A stretch of DNA of 64,000 nt. It comes from Bacteroidota bacterium. Its GTDB lineage: Bacteria; Bacteroidota; Ignavibacteria; Ignavibacteriales; SURF-24. A model generated the notes under the pieces. The model searched no databases. It worked only from the letters and a program-made list of their open reading frames with translations, and had not been told where the DNA came from. Both the position numbers and the translations under genes were made by a program. Below are positions 27,576 through 39,225 of this stretch, piece by piece. The first letter of the stretch is position 1, and each line of letters opens with the position of its first letter. The stretch spans positions 344-64,343 of the forward strand of contig JBLMZS010000055.1 in assembly GCA_050258935.1 (NCBI GenBank), in the 5' to 3' direction.

Positions 27576-30098
27576 ATGAATCAAATACCTGAATCTTTCT
27601 GGAATATACCGGTTACAGATATGTTCCAGAGGTTAGAAACGGCAAAAGGAGGAATCACCAGTAGCGAAGCCGGGAAGCGGCTCGTAAGCTACGGTGCCAA
27701 CCTGCTCAGTCCGCCAAAGAAATCGGATGCCCTTACTCTTCTGTTCACCCAATTCAAAAGTCCGATCATACTCATACTTTTCGTGGCAATTGGGTTATCG
27801 TTTATTCTTCATGACCCGGTTGATGCGCTCATTATTCTGTCAATTGTTCTTGTCAGCGGATTGCTCGGGTTCTGGCAGGAACGGGGAGCCTCAAATGCCG
27901 TAGCAAAACTGCTTTCCATTGTGCAAGTCAAAGCTGCAGTGCTGCGTGATGGCACCTCCAGAGAAATTCCCGTCGAAGAAATTGTGCCGGGTGATGTAGT
28001 TATACTGAACGCCGGTGATATTGTCCCCGGGGATGGACTTGTACAGGAATCCAAAGATCTGTTTGTAGACGAATCCATGCTGACAGGAGAGACTTTTCCG
28101 GTAGAAAAAGACGTGTCACTATTACCGGTAGAAACACCTCTCGCGCAGCGAACAAATTCACTTTGGATGGGGACGCATATAGTAAGCGGAAGCGCAGCTG
28201 CACTGATTATACACACGGGTAAGGAAACCGAGTTCGGCAAAATTTCTGAGAAGCTGAAACTCAGGCCGCAAGAAACGGAATTTGAACACGGAATCCGGCT
28301 ATTTGGTTATCTTCTCATGGAAGTTACACTGGTACTGGTGGTTATCATTTTTGCAATAAACGTCTACCTGACCCGGCCAGTCATGGATTCATTTCTATTC
28401 TCACTGGCGCTTGCTGTCGGTTTAACACCGCAGCTGCTGCCGGCAATCATAAGTATAAACCTTTCTCATGGCGCCAAGCGGATGGCAGAGAAAAAAGTAA
28501 TCGTCAAGCGGCTCGCCTCGATTGAAAACTTCGGAAGTATGAACGTGATCTGCTCGGATAAAACAGGTACACTAACAGAAGGGATAGTACACGTACAATC
28601 CGTGTGCAATGTAGACGGTACTCCGAGCGATAAAGTGCTTCTGCAGGCGTATCTTAATGCATTTTTTGAAACGGGATATTCTGACCCTATCGATGAAGCC
28701 ATCCGTACCTTTCGCGCTTTTGATATGTCCGGATACGAGAAACAGGGCGAAATCCCATATGATTTTCTTCGTAAGCGACTGAGTGTGATGGTTTTACATG
28801 ACAATACTAATCTGATGATAACCAAAGGTTCCATGCTGAATATACTCAGTGTCTGTACAACTGCGGAAACTGCGGAGGGGAAAATAGTTGATATCGCTGC
28901 GGTGCGAGATAGGATACAGCAGCACTTCGAGGAATTCAGCAGTAAGGGCTTTCGTACGCTGGGTGTCGCTTACAGGAATATGGGCTCAGAGTCAAGAATC
29001 AGCAAGGACCAAGAGATGGGAATGACATTCTCCGGATTTCTCGTGCTTTTTGATCCTCCCAAAACTAATATCAACGTGACGGTTAACAGCCTGAAGAAGC
29101 TTGGTGTCACGTTAAAAATCATTACTGGCGATAATCGCCTCGTTGCTGCTCATATCAGTCAGCAGATGGGGCTGTCCGATACAAAAATTCTTACTGGGCA
29201 AGACATCAGTCAGCAGAGTGATACTGCACTGCTCAGGCGTGTGTGTGACGTGGATGTATTCGCCGAAATAGAACCCAATCAAAAAGAGCGAATTATACTC
29301 GCTCTAAAAAAAGCGGGAAATGTTGTGGGGTATATGGGTGACGGTATGAATGATGCTTCTGCTCTTCACGCAGCCGATGTAGGTATTTCTGTTGAGAGTG
29401 CGGTAGATGTTGCAAAGGATGCGGCGGATATCGTTCTGCTCGAAAAAGACCTGGGTGTTTTGGTTGAAGGTGTGCGCGAGGGCAGGGCCACATTTGCAAA
29501 TACCCTTAAATATGTGTTTATGGCAACCAGTGCGAATTTCGGAAACATGTTCAGTATGGCAGGTGTATCTCTTATTCTGCCGTTTCTGCCACTACTGCCC
29601 AAGCAGATACTGCTTACCAACCTCATGACGGACTGTCCGGAAATGACTATTGCAACAGACAGTGTGGATAAAGAAATGCTTGACTATCCGCGGCGCTGGG
29701 ACATAAGTGCAATTCGCAAGTTTATGATAACGTTCGGTATGGTAAGTTCGGTGTTTGACTATCTCACTTTTGGTGCGCTTCTGCTGATTCTTCATGCAAC
29801 TCAGGTTCAGTTCAGAACAGGCTGGTTTATGGAATCCGTAGTCTCAGCATCGCTGATCGTGTTGGTTATCCGAAGCCGGAAACCTTTCTTCAGAAGCAGG
29901 CCGGGGAAATATCTTTCAATTGCGACACTGTCAATTGCATTCTTAGCGGTTGCTGTGCCCTATAGCCCGTTGGCGAATATTTTCGGATTCTGCCCGCTGC
30001 CATTTCATTTCCTATTTCTTATAGGGATCATTGTTCTGTTTTACATAGTTTCAGCAGAAATTGTGAAAACATTTTTCTATAAGATGGTGAAATTGTAA
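27576..30098 (+). CDS. mgtA: Magnesium-translocating P-type ATPase
   Basis: Motifs LTGETFP, CSDKTGTLT, ITGDN and MGDGMNDASAL are present, along with 10 predicted TM segments. I chose ATG 27576 (SD GAGGA at 27563-27567) over the GTG at 27549. Confidence 0.9.
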   Translation: MNQIPESFWNIPVTDMFQRLETAKGGITSSEAGKRLVSYGANLLSPPKKSDALTLLFTQFKSPIILILFVAIGLSFILHDPVDALIILSIVLVSGLLGFWQERGASNAVAKLLSIVQVKAAVLRDGTSREIPVEEIVPGDVVILNAGDIVPGDGLVQESKDLFVDESMLTGETFPVEKDVSLLPVETPLAQRTNSLWMGTHIVSGSAAALIIHTGKETEFGKISEKLKLRPQETEFEHGIRLFGYLLMEVTLVLVVIIFAINVYLTRPVMDSFLFSLALAVGLTPQLLPAIISINLSHGAKRMAEKKVIVKRLASIENFGSMNVICSDKTGTLTEGIVHVQSVCNVDGTPSDKVLLQAYLNAFFETGYSDPIDEAIRTFRAFDMSGYEKQGEIPYDFLRKRLSVMVLHDNTNLMITKGSMLNILSVCTTAETAEGKIVDIAAVRDRIQQHFEEFSSKGFRTLGVAYRNMGSESRISKDQEMGMTFSGFLVLFDPPKTNINVTVNSLKKLGVTLKIITGDNRLVAAHISQQMGLSDTKILTGQDISQQSDTALLRRVCDVDVFAEIEPNQKERIILALKKAGNVVGYMGDGMNDASALHAADVGISVESAVDVAKDAADIVLLEKDLGVLVEGVREGRATFANTLKYVFMATSANFGNMFSMAGVSLILPFLPLLPKQILLTNLMTDCPEMTIATDSVDKEMLDYPRRWDISAIRKFMITFGMVSSVFDYLTFGALLLILHATQVQFRTGWFMESVVSASLIVLVIRSRKPFFRSRPGKYLSIATLSIAFLAVAVPYSPLANIFGFCPLPFHFLFLIGIIVLFYIVSAEIVKTFFYKMVKL

Positions 30099-30341
30099 AT
30101 GGGAAATATATGACAGGTTGAAAACGCTTCAGAGAGTGAATGTGGTCATGGAAAAATGTCCCACACTATACGTTCGGTTTATACTGGCCTGCAAGAATCA
30201 AAATATTTTCAACTTGGACACTTTTAATGAAGCCGATATTCATTGCCAATATCAAACCTGGATATTTCCATCCTGGAAACAGCGATGCCGGAGTATTGAA
30301 AATTTAGTATACTGCCGGCAATCTTTGTCTCAGAGGCTGCA

Positions 30342-31379
30342 TCAAAAGAATAATTTTGCGATAGAGAGTACTCCCTGTTTCCATGGTACACGGTGAGATA
30401 TACCTGACTGTCCTTTAAAATCCTGGAGGTGCCCGAGATACCATTTGTAATTCCTGATCAGTGCGTCCTTATTGGAATATTTTGGAGCATAGCCCAGAAT
30501 TTTTTCTGCCTTTTCAATGGACACAAAACTGTCCTTAGAAGCAGTCTCGTATACCCATTTATACAGAGGCGACAGCTTCAGTGCTTCCAGAATTCTTAGC
30601 GTCCATATAATCGGTTTTTCAGGAAGTCCTCTTATTTTTTTGTTGAAACCTGCATAGTCGAGAACTGCCTGATAATCCTCTTTCATAGTAGTGTAATGCT
30701 TTGCGCCGATATTGAAAGTATCATTCACAGCGTCTTCATTCAGTGCTGAACAGAGATAAATAGCCTCGCACAGATCCTCTACGTCGAGCAGCTGATAGCG
30801 GTTATTCCCGTTTCCGATCATCGGGAATCCGTGTCCGTCTTTTGCCCAGTCGTAGAAAAGTGCAAAGACACCCAGGCGTTCGGGTCCCACAAATGATTTT
30901 GGGCGCAAAATGGGTATGCACACGCCTTTTGAACGAAATTTCTGACATTCTTTCTCAGCCTGTATTTTTGCTTTTCCGTAAGGGCCGACACCGTCGAGTC
31001 TGTCAGTTTCATAGAGCGGGTGGTGGTCAGGAATTCCGTATACTGCGGTTGAAGAGATGTGTATGAATCTCTTTATACCTCTGTCAAATGATTTCTGAAG
31101 TACCAGGCGTGTGCCTTCGACGTCAGTAGAAAAAATCTCCTCTTCAGTATACAGCGGCAGTGCAGCGGCAGCATGCACAACTATATCGGCTCCTTCAAGA
31201 GCGATATCGACATCAGAGTCAATTCTTATGTCGCCTTTGATTATTCGGACTTTGTCCATCACGTCCTTATAATCAAAATCGGCAATATCCAGGATTGTAA
31301 CACCATGATTTTTTGACAGAAGAAAGCGTACCAGGTTGATGCCTAAAAACCCCGCTCCGCCGGTTACAAGAAAATTCAT
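30342..31379 (-). CDS. NAD-dependent epimerase/dehydratase (extended SDR)
   Basis: 345 aa with the Rossmann motif VTGGAGFLGINLV and the catalytic YGKAK (YxxxK). Confidence 0.8.
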   Translation of the reverse strand: MNFLVTGGAGFLGINLVRFLLSKNHGVTILDIADFDYKDVMDKVRIIKGDIRIDSDVDIALEGADIVVHAAAALPLYTEEEIFSTDVEGTRLVLQKSFDRGIKRFIHISSTAVYGIPDHHPLYETDRLDGVGPYGKAKIQAEKECQKFRSKGVCIPILRPKSFVGPERLGVFALFYDWAKDGHGFPMIGNGNNRYQLLDVEDLCEAIYLCSALNEDAVNDTFNIGAKHYTTMKEDYQAVLDYAGFNKKIRGLPEKPIIWTLRILEALKLSPLYKWVYETASKDSFVSIEKAEKILGYAPKYSNKDALIRNYKWYLGHLQDFKGQSGISHRVPWKQGVLSIAKLFF

Positions 31380-31512
31380 CTCTAATTCCTTATTATATTA
31401 TTCAACCACAGAATACAAGCAGTTCTACTAACTCATAACCCAGAATTCAGAACTCCAAAGTTTTGTCTTGAATGTTCAGTGTAAAAGTAATAATTTTTCT
31501 ATTCAGGTTATA

Positions 31513-32445
31513 ATGAGTATTGAAGAAAAAAATAGAATTTCAGATGTGTCGTCATCCGCATCCTCCTTTTCAGCAGGCGGTGAAGGCGGTGAAAGTCCCG
31601 GCCGGAAAAGTTACCGCATAGAGTCACTCAGTATTTTCATATCGGTAGTCCTTCATTTTCTAGTCTTTGCCGCTTTTATTGTGCTGTACAATCTGGGTGA
31701 CATGCTGATTACCGGCGGGTTAGGCGGATCGGCGGGCGCGGGACATGGAAGCGCCGGTGCTTCGGGCGGCATAAGTGTAAGCAGCGGGCAGCTGACAGAA
31801 GTTTCAAAAGCGGAAGAGTCACAGGATAGAGAATCCAGGGATGTGAAATCAGACGAACCGGTTACTCCGGTTACACAGTCTTCCGGCAGCAGCGAAGATG
31901 CAGTAAAGGCCAGAGTCTCCCGCGGGAGTGAAGCGAAGAGTGCAGGAGGCAGTTCAGGTTTGGGAGTAGTTATTCCGGGTGCCAGAGGTTCGGGCCGGGG
32001 ATATGGAACTGTTGAAGGTGCGGGATTTGACAGCAGCGGCCTGGGCGGGCTGTATTCTGAAAATACATTTAACATACGCATGAAGTATCCGTCGAACTGG
32101 GTATATGTGGATCAGCAGAACAAGCGCCGGCTGGACGGCGTAACGTTCTGGTCGTCAGACAATGCATACAACCCTCCGCCTTACATACATCTCGATGTAG
32201 TGGACAAGTATATGTTCAATTCTACGCGTTACAGGCACAAGTATGATTTCCCGGGCTTCACCGGTTACTACAATGATCCCGAGGAGATGGAAGGCCAGGT
32301 GAGTCAGACTGTGTATATCAGGACCAGTGGTGACAAGGATTATATGATAAAACTTATCATGCAGGGACAGGATCAGTTCCGTTCATTTCAGCCCAAATTT
32401 TTCGCAATTGTGCGTTCATTCCGCTCCGGCTACAGCATATTCTAG
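31513..32445 (+). CDS. Hypothetical membrane-anchored protein with Gly/Ser-rich linker
   Basis: It has one TM helix (LSIFISVVLHFLVFAAFIVLY), a GGLGGSAGAGHGSAGASGG low-complexity region, and a globular C-terminal domain of about 130 aa. The start is uncertain (ATG 31513 versus TTG 31468). Confidence 0.5.
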   Translation: MSIEEKNRISDVSSSASSFSAGGEGGESPGRKSYRIESLSIFISVVLHFLVFAAFIVLYNLGDMLITGGLGGSAGAGHGSAGASGGISVSSGQLTEVSKAEESQDRESRDVKSDEPVTPVTQSSGSSEDAVKARVSRGSEAKSAGGSSGLGVVIPGARGSGRGYGTVEGAGFDSSGLGGLYSENTFNIRMKYPSNWVYVDQQNKRRLDGVTFWSSDNAYNPPPYIHLDVVDKYMFNSTRYRHKYDFPGFTGYYNDPEEMEGQVSQTVYIRTSGDKDYMIKLIMQGQDQFRSFQPKFFAIVRSFRSGYSIF

Positions 32446-32582
32446 CATAAATCTTTAAAATAAAAGAAGATATCCAAAAGTTTCGCAGTATATTTAGTGT
32501 ACAAAAACTTGACTTATTGAAACTTTATAGTTAATTTTAAAGCCTTTATTGGGAAATAATAGTTGAATTGGAGGAAATCTAA

Positions 32583-33023
32583 GTGAAACAAGCAAAAATG
32601 ACAAGGTTCATTAAAACTGAAGATGCTGACGTTAAGTGGGTCATCGTCGATGCCAAGGACCAGGTTCTGGGCAGGCTGGCCGCTAAAGTCGCCAGAATCA
32701 TCAGAGGCAAGGAAAAACCGACATTCACTCCCAACATGGATACAGGAGATTTTGTCATTGTAGTCAACGCTGACCAGGTTGTCATGACCGGTAAGAGGGA
32801 ACTGCAGAAGACATATTTCCATTATTCAGGTTATCCGGGTGGTGGAAAGGTAAGGGCTTTCAGTGATCTTAAAACAAAGGATCCTGAATTCATCATTGAG
32901 CACGCCGTAAAAGGAATGCTTCCAAAAAACAGACTGGGCAAAAAGCTCATTAAAAAATTAAAGGTTTACGCCGGAACGGAACATCCGCATCAGGCTCAGA
33001 AACCCGAGTTAATAAGTTTATAA
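32583..33023 (+). CDS. rplM: 50S ribosomal protein L13
   Basis: [25 protein letters not shown] and HYSGYPGG are canonical. The GTG start has SD GGAGG 8 nt upstream, and ATG 32598 is an alternative. Confidence 0.95.
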   Translation: MKQAKMTRFIKTEDADVKWVIVDAKDQVLGRLAAKVARIIRGKEKPTFTPNMDTGDFVIVVNADQVVMTGKRELQKTYFHYSGYPGGGKVRAFSDLKTKDPEFIIEHAVKGMLPKNRLGKKLIKKLKVYAGTEHPHQAQKPELISL

Positions 33024-33035
33024 CGGAGTTATCTA

Positions 33036-33422
33036 ATGGTTGACAAAGTATACGTAGGCAGAAGAAAAACAGCCGTTGCACGCGTGATATTAAGAAACGG
33101 CAGCGGTAAAGTTACGGTAAACGACAGAGAATTTGAAGCAGCTTTTTCTCTGAAAACAGACAGAGACGATATTCTGGCCCCGTTTGTAGTTACAGACACT
33201 CTGAACAAGTATGACTTGTTCGTCAATGTAAACGGCGGCGGCACGACCGGCCAGTCTCAGGCTGTAAGACTGGGAATCGCAAGGGCTTTGGAAGCCATCA
33301 ATCCGGATTTCAGACCGGCGCTTAAAGCAAAAGGCTTTATGACCCGTGATCCGAGAATGGTGGAACGTAAGAAATACGGCAGACCAAAAGCCAGAAAAAG
33401 ATTCCAGTTCTCTAAGAGGTAA
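33036..33422 (+). CDS. rpsI: 30S ribosomal protein S9
   Basis: 128 aa, containing [19 protein letters not shown] and a C-terminus of ...[11 protein letters not shown]. Confidence 0.95.
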   Translation: MVDKVYVGRRKTAVARVILRNGSGKVTVNDREFEAAFSLKTDRDDILAPFVVTDTLNKYDLFVNVNGGGTTGQSQAVRLGIARALEAINPDFRPALKAKGFMTRDPRMVERKKYGRPKARKRFQFSKR

Positions 33423-33635
33423 TCTCTTAATACTGTCGTTTATACCCCGCATTATATGCGGAGAAAATTCTTTTCGCTATCGGATAATTACCGGAGTGAG
33501 AAGACTAAATAACCAAGTTTTTATGTCATTCATACTTTTGGATTTACCGACTGTGTTCCCTGAGGGCCATTTTCCAGTCCCGGGGGATTTTAGGTAAAAA
33601 AGAAAAAAGTAGAAGATTAAACAGGAAAGAAGAAA

Positions 33636-34478
33636 ATGAAAAAAATCGATTTAACAGAACTCATAGAAGCCGGCGCCCATTTTGGTCACCTTACGCGCCG
33701 CTGGAATCCTAAAATGAAGCCGTATATCTTCATGGAAAAAAACGGAATCCACATCATTGACCTTAAAAAAACAAAAATCCTCCTTGCTGAAGCTGCTGAA
33801 CAGATGACCAACGTCGTTTCTGAAGGCAAAAAAGTACTTTTTGTCGGAACAAAAAAACAGGCCAAACACGTCATTGCCACAGAGGCAAAAAGATGTGAAA
33901 TGAACTGGGTGAGTGAACGTTGGCTTGGAGGTATGCTTACTAACTTTTCAACCATTAGAAAAAGCGTCAAACGCCTCGCTGCCATCGACAAGATGGAGAT
34001 CGACGGTACATTTGACAAGATAACAAAGAAAGAAAGACTCAACCGCAGCCGTGAAAGAGACAAACTCAGAAAAGTCCTCGACGGCGTTGAGACGATGACC
34101 AAACTGCCTGGTGCTATCTTTATGGTCGATATTAAGAAAGAATCCATCGCCGTTAAGGAAGCTCACAGACTGAACATACCGATTTTCGCTATTGTTGATA
34201 CAAACTGCGATCCGGATCTTGTTGACTATGTCATTCCGGCTAACGATGACGCCGTAAAGACTATAGAAGTTGTTTCCAAGATCATGGCCGATTCAATTAT
34301 TGACGGACTCGGAAAGGCTAAGGAACTCAGAGCTCAGGAAGCTGCTGAAAAAGAAAGACTGAAAAAGGAACGCGGCGAAGAAAACGAAGAAGCTAAGGAA
34401 GTAAAAGAGTCCAGGCCTTCAAGAGAAAGAAAAGACAGATTTCCCAATAAAGAAAAAAATGAATCAATAAAAGGATAA
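33636..34478 (+). CDS. rpsB: 30S ribosomal protein S2
   Basis: [30 protein letters not shown] and IVDTNCDPD are present. It also has an acidic/basic C-terminal extension. Confidence 0.95.
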   Translation: MKKIDLTELIEAGAHFGHLTRRWNPKMKPYIFMEKNGIHIIDLKKTKILLAEAAEQMTNVVSEGKKVLFVGTKKQAKHVIATEAKRCEMNWVSERWLGGMLTNFSTIRKSVKRLAAIDKMEIDGTFDKITKKERLNRSRERDKLRKVLDGVETMTKLPGAIFMVDIKKESIAVKEAHRLNIPIFAIVDTNCDPDLVDYVIPANDDAVKTIEVVSKIMADSIIDGLGKAKELRAQEAAEKERLKKERGEENEEAKEVKESRPSRERKDRFPNKEKNESIKG

Positions 34479-34481
34479 TCC

Positions 34482-35351
34482 ATGGCAATTACTGCAGAAC
34501 AAGTAAAAACATTGAGAGAAAAAACCGGCGCCGGTATGATGGATTGCAAGAAGGCGCTGACCGAATCAGATGGCGATTTCGATAAGGCTATAGAGATACT
34601 CAGAAAAAAAGGTGCAGCTGTTGCAGCTAAAAGAGCTGAAAGATCTGCTAACGAAGGTGTCGTTCTTACATACGTTTCTGATGACAAGAAAATGGCCGTT
34701 ATTGCAGAAGTAAACTGCGAAACAGATTTCGTCGCCAACAGCGATGACTTCAAGGCATTTTCACAGCTGGTACTCGATACTATCATTAAGGAACAGCCTG
34801 CCGGTCTTGATGAGCTCCTTTCAAAAGGAACCAACGGCAAGGTTATCAGCGAAGAACTCGATGCACTCATCGGTAAGATCGGTGAAAAGATCACTGTTAC
34901 CCGTTTCTCTGTAGAAAAAGTTGAAGACGGCGTTGTAGTCGATTACGTACACCACGGTGCAAAGCTCGGCGTTCTCGTTGCTGTCGAAGGCGTTGCTGCC
35001 GGAAACAAAGATGAAGTATCTGCCATAGCTAAGGATGCTGCCATGCAGGTAGCTGCCATGAAACCTATGGCTATATACAGAGATGACATTCCCCGGAACG
35101 TCATCGATCAGGAAATCGACATCTACAAGGAACTCCTCAGAAAAGAGGGCAAGCCCGAACAGATGCTCGATAAAATTGCTCAGGGTAAACTGAACAAATT
35201 CTTCCAGGAAAACTGCCTGTTCGAACAGGCCTATATCAAGGATAATTCCAAGACTATCGGCGATCTGTTCAAGGAGTTCAACCAGAAGTATTCCGTGCAG
35301 TCAAAAATGACGCGCTACCTCAGATATCATTTGAGCGACGAAAAAAAATAA
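34482..35351 (+). CDS. tsf: Translation elongation factor Ts
   Basis: The UBA-like N-terminus VKTLREKTGAGMMDCKKAL is present. It sits 3 nt after rpsB. Confidence 0.95.
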   Translation: MAITAEQVKTLREKTGAGMMDCKKALTESDGDFDKAIEILRKKGAAVAAKRAERSANEGVVLTYVSDDKKMAVIAEVNCETDFVANSDDFKAFSQLVLDTIIKEQPAGLDELLSKGTNGKVISEELDALIGKIGEKITVTRFSVEKVEDGVVVDYVHHGAKLGVLVAVEGVAAGNKDEVSAIAKDAAMQVAAMKPMAIYRDDIPRNVIDQEIDIYKELLRKEGKPEQMLDKIAQGKLNKFFQENCLFEQAYIKDNSKTIGDLFKEFNQKYSVQSKMTRYLRYHLSDEKK

Positions 35352-35360
35352 TTTTTTCAA

Positions 35361-35390
35361 AAGGTCTTATTTAATAAGACCTTTTTTTTT
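35361..35390 (+). terminator. Rho-independent terminator after tsf
   Basis: AAGGTCTTAT-tta-ATAAGACCTT is followed by a T-run. Confidence 0.8.
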
Positions 35391-35422
35391 ATTAATTTAT
35401 CATCCAACAAATCAAAGAGATT

Positions 35423-36142
35423 ATGCCACAACTAAAATATAAAAGACTTCTGCTGAAATTAAGCGGCGAATCACTCATGGGAGCCAAAGGCCATGGTATC
35501 GATCCGGGTGTACTGGACTTCTTCTCAGCTGAAGTGAAAAAAGTACACGACATAGGCGTGCAGGTGGGTATCGTTATTGGCGGCGGGAATATTTACCGGG
35601 GACTAAGTGCCGGAGAGCAGAATATAGACCGCGTTACCGGTGACCAGATGGGTATGCTCGCCACTATGATCAACTCTCTTGCCCTGCAGAATGCGCTAGA
35701 GAAAAAAGGCATATATACACGCCTGATGAGCGCCATTCACATGGAGGAGATCGCAGAACCCTATATAAGAAGAAGGGCAATCAGACACCTTGAGAAAGGA
35801 AGAGTCGTGATATTCGGCGCCGGAACAGGTCACCCGTATTTCTCGACAGACACGGCTGCTGCACTCAGAGCAGTCGAAATAGAAGCCGATACGATACTGA
35901 AAGGTACCCGCGTCGACGGTGTATTTGACTCGGATCCCGAGAAAAATCCCGATGCTTCGAGATTTGAAAGTATTTCATATATAGATATACTGACCAACAG
36001 ACTGCGTGTGATGGATATGACTGCTGTCAGCCTGTGTCAGGAGAACAACCTTCCTCTGATAGTATTCAATATGGATATTCCCGATAATCTTGTCCGTATA
36101 GTGAAGGGTGAGAATATCGGTACCACAGTAGTAAATTCCTGA
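35423..36142 (+). CDS. pyrH: UMP kinase
   Basis: [23 protein letters not shown] and the downstream blocks are canonical. Confidence 0.95.
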   Translation: MPQLKYKRLLLKLSGESLMGAKGHGIDPGVLDFFSAEVKKVHDIGVQVGIVIGGGNIYRGLSAGEQNIDRVTGDQMGMLATMINSLALQNALEKKGIYTRLMSAIHMEEIAEPYIRRRAIRHLEKGRVVIFGAGTGHPYFSTDTAAALRAVEIEADTILKGTRVDGVFDSDPEKNPDASRFESISYIDILTNRLRVMDMTAVSLCQENNLPLIVFNMDIPDNLVRIVKGENIGTTVVNS

Positions 36143-36211
36143 TTTTTCTGCAGCTCTGTTAGTAGTTGTTTTTATCAGTAAACAAATTGTTAAATAAATA
36201 TAGAGGCTTAT

Positions 36212-36766
36212 ATGAATCCAACTATTAAAGACGCCGGAACGCGAATGGACAAATCAGTTGAAGCTTTTCGTGGAGAGATTGCCAAGATACGTACCGGAAA
36301 AGCAACCACGGCACTCCTAGACGGAGTAAAAGTGGATTATTACGGAACCATAACTCCGCTTAAACAGCTGGGCAACGTTTCAGTTCTGGACGCTCATACA
36401 CTCTCGATTACTCCATGGGATAAATCGATCGTTTCTGCGGTCGAAAAAGCCATTATGGTAGCAGATCTGGGCCTTAACCCTTCGAGTGACGGAACAAATA
36501 TCAGAGTTCCTATTCCTATGCTCACAGAAGAAAGACGCAAGGAGCTGGTAAAGATATGCAAAAAAATGGGTGAAGATGCCAAGATCGCAATCAGGAATAT
36601 ACGCCGTGATGCAAATGAACACCTGAAAAAACAGGAGAAGGAAAAGAAAATCAGCGAAGATGAACTGAAGGATTTTGAAGAGGAGATTCAGAAGGTGACG
36701 AACGGACATATCACTAATATAGATGAAATTATCAGGCACAAAGAAAAAGAGATCATGGAAGTCTGA
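36212..36766 (+). CDS. frr: Ribosome recycling factor
   Basis: 184 aa, with IRTGKATTALLD and IPMLTEERRKELVK. Confidence 0.95.
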   Translation: MNPTIKDAGTRMDKSVEAFRGEIAKIRTGKATTALLDGVKVDYYGTITPLKQLGNVSVLDAHTLSITPWDKSIVSAVEKAIMVADLGLNPSSDGTNIRVPIPMLTEERRKELVKICKKMGEDAKIAIRNIRRDANEHLKKQEKEKKISEDELKDFEEEIQKVTNGHITNIDEIIRHKEKEIMEV

Positions 36767-36806
36767 TATTTTCTGCAACCTTGTCAGTCGTTGGAAGAGT
36801 TTAAGG

Positions 36807-36836
36807 CCGGTAAATAACAATTTACCGGTTTTTTTT
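36807..36836 (+). terminator. Rho-independent terminator after frr
   Basis: CCGGTAAA-taacaa-TTTACCGG is followed by T8. Confidence 0.8.
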
Positions 36837-36979
36837 GTCCTGGACGAAACTTTTTTATTTGTGACTTTTATAATCCGCGAGTATTATTCCTTTTTTTATT
36901 ATTTTAGTAGCATCAGGAAAGGGATTTTTTCTCAGTTCACATCCACATTTTACAAACAGTATCATACCAAGAGGGTACA

Positions 36980-39223
36980 ATGAAAATCAACAAAGAAGAA
37001 GCTCTCGATTACCATATACAGGGCCGTCATGGAAAAATTGAAGTTGTTCCGACGAAACCCTGTACAACCTCCCGCGATCTTTCTCTGGCGTATACGCCAG
37101 GTGTTGCCGAACCATGCAAGGAAATTGCAGAAAATGACGATGATGTTTTTAAGTATACCGCCAAGGGAAATCTGGTTGCGGTAGTCACAAACGGTACCGC
37201 TGTGCTCGGGCTGGGCGATATCGGTCCTCACGCCGGTAAACCGGTGATGGAGGGAAAGGGAGTGCTCTTCAAGAGGTTTGCAGACATAGATGTGTTCGAT
37301 ATAGAACTGAAGACCAAAGATCCCAAGGAGATAATCAGAACAGTCCAGCTGCTCGAGCCTACTTTCGGAGGCATAAATCTGGAGGATATAAAAGCCCCCG
37401 AATGCTTTGAGATCGAGGAAGAGCTGAAGAAGACCATGAATATCCCGGTATTTCACGATGACCAGCATGGCACTGCGATCATTTCGTGCGCTGCTCTCAT
37501 CAATGCCGTTGAACTGACGGGCAAGAAAATGGACAGGATACGGCTGGTTATAAACGGAGCGGGTGCAGCAGCAATTGCCTGCGCCAAACTGTATATTCGA
37601 GCCGGTGTGAAGCACGAGAATATTATGATGTGCGACTCAAAAGGCGTGATATCACTGAAGAGAACAGATCTGAACAAATACAAGAAAGAATTTGCTGTTG
37701 ATACTGACCGGGAAACACTTGCCGATGCCATGAAGGATGCTGATGTGTTCGTGGGACTTTCGGTAGCCGGTGCTGTAAAAAAAGAAATGCTGAAAGCTAT
37801 GGCGCCCGGTGCCATTGTATTTGCTATGGCCAATCCGGATCCTGAGATATCATATGAAGATGCCATTGAAGCCAGGCAGGATATTATAATGGCAACCGGC
37901 AGAAGCGATTATCCAAACCAGGTAAATAACGTGCTCGGTTTTCCGTTTATTTTCCGCGGTGCGCTCGATGTGAGAGCTACTGCCATTACTGAAAATATGA
38001 AGATGGCCGCAGTTGAGGCGCTGGCCAGTCTGGCAAAAGAAAAAGTGCCGGATGTGGTATTAAAGGCATACGGTGGAGAGGAGTTCTCATTCGGCCGCGA
38101 GTATATAATACCCAAACCTTTTGACCCGCGTGTACTGTGGAAAGTTGCTCCGGCTGTTGCCAAAGCTGCTGTGGAAGACGGGGTAGCGCGCCATATAATT
38201 ACTGACTGGGAAGCCTATCAGGAAGAGCTGAAAGAAAGACTCGGCATGTCCAAGGAAGTTATCCGCGTTATGATACACAAGGCACAGAAGAACCCCAAAC
38301 GTATAGTATACGCCGAAGGCGAAGAGGAAAAAATTATACGCGCTTCCTATGCCGCTTATCAGGAAGGTATTGTATATCCGATACTCCTCGGCAGCGAAGA
38401 AAAAATTTGCGCCAAGATCCGGGCTCTCGGGTTTGAAGGAAATGTATTTACAGTTGTTGATCCCTCCAAGTCCGAAAAGTACAGCGTATACTGCGAAGAG
38501 CTGTATAAAATCAGGCAGAGAAAGGGTGTATCCAGGGCCGATGCAATGAATCTGCTGCACTCCAATAATTACTATGCTTCAATGATGGTTCAGATGGGAG
38601 ATGCAGATGCACTGATCAGCGGCCTGACCTCTTATTATCCGGATACTATCCGTCCTGCACTGCAGTGTATTGGTGTAAAGGAAGGCTTTAATGTAGTTTC
38701 AGGTCTTTATATCATGATTACAAAACAGGACGTATATTTCTTTGCCGATACTACGGTGAATATAAACCCGACAGCCGAGCAGCTGGCGGAAATAGCAATT
38801 TCATCTGCAGATACCGTGAAAGAATTCAACATTCAGCCCAATGTGGCAATGCTGTCGTTCAGCAATTTTGGCAGTACTGTTAAACCCGAATCTCTTAAGG
38901 TGAAAAAAGCAGTTGAGATCGTAAAACAGCTGAGGCCTGATATCAATGTCGACGGTGAAATGCAGGTCGATGTGGCAATACAGACCTCTGTAAGAGAATC
39001 GAACTATCCATTCAGTTCGTTGAAAGGCAAAGCCAATGTACTGATATTCCCCGACCTGAACAGCGGAAACATTGCATACAAGCTGATGGCCAAACTGGGC
39101 GGAGCAGAGATCATAGGACCTGTTCTTATGGGAATCAGGAAACCCGTTCACGTGCTGCAGAGAGGAGCTTCGATTGAGGACATCATAAATATGACTGCAA
39201 TAGCTGCAGTTGAGGCTATCTGA
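36980..39223 (+). CDS. maeB: NADP-dependent malic enzyme with C-terminal phosphate-acetyltransferase-like domain
   Basis: 747 aa. It has [27 protein letters not shown], the NAD(P) site [11 protein letters not shown], and a PTA-like C-terminal half. Confidence 0.92.
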   Translation: MKINKEEALDYHIQGRHGKIEVVPTKPCTTSRDLSLAYTPGVAEPCKEIAENDDDVFKYTAKGNLVAVVTNGTAVLGLGDIGPHAGKPVMEGKGVLFKRFADIDVFDIELKTKDPKEIIRTVQLLEPTFGGINLEDIKAPECFEIEEELKKTMNIPVFHDDQHGTAIISCAALINAVELTGKKMDRIRLVINGAGAAAIACAKLYIRAGVKHENIMMCDSKGVISLKRTDLNKYKKEFAVDTDRETLADAMKDADVFVGLSVAGAVKKEMLKAMAPGAIVFAMANPDPEISYEDAIEARQDIIMATGRSDYPNQVNNVLGFPFIFRGALDVRATAITENMKMAAVEALASLAKEKVPDVVLKAYGGEEFSFGREYIIPKPFDPRVLWKVAPAVAKAAVEDGVARHIITDWEAYQEELKERLGMSKEVIRVMIHKAQKNPKRIVYAEGEEEKIIRASYAAYQEGIVYPILLGSEEKICAKIRALGFEGNVFTVVDPSKSEKYSVYCEELYKIRQRKGVSRADAMNLLHSNNYYASMMVQMGDADALISGLTSYYPDTIRPALQCIGVKEGFNVVSGLYIMITKQDVYFFADTTVNINPTAEQLAEIAISSADTVKEFNIQPNVAMLSFSNFGSTVKPESLKVKKAVEIVKQLRPDINVDGEMQVDVAIQTSVRESNYPFSSLKGKANVLIFPDLNSGNIAYKLMAKLGGAEIIGPVLMGIRKPVHVLQRGASIEDIINMTAIAAVEAI

Positions 39224-39225
39224 AA

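Noticed and set aside
23720-30341. The glgP / micro-protein / mgtA region as a prophage or integrative island.
   Set aside because: No integrase, transposase, tRNA target or phage genes are present. Only modest GC elevation and a pair of 35-nt direct motifs are seen, so I kept it as a low-confidence HGT note.
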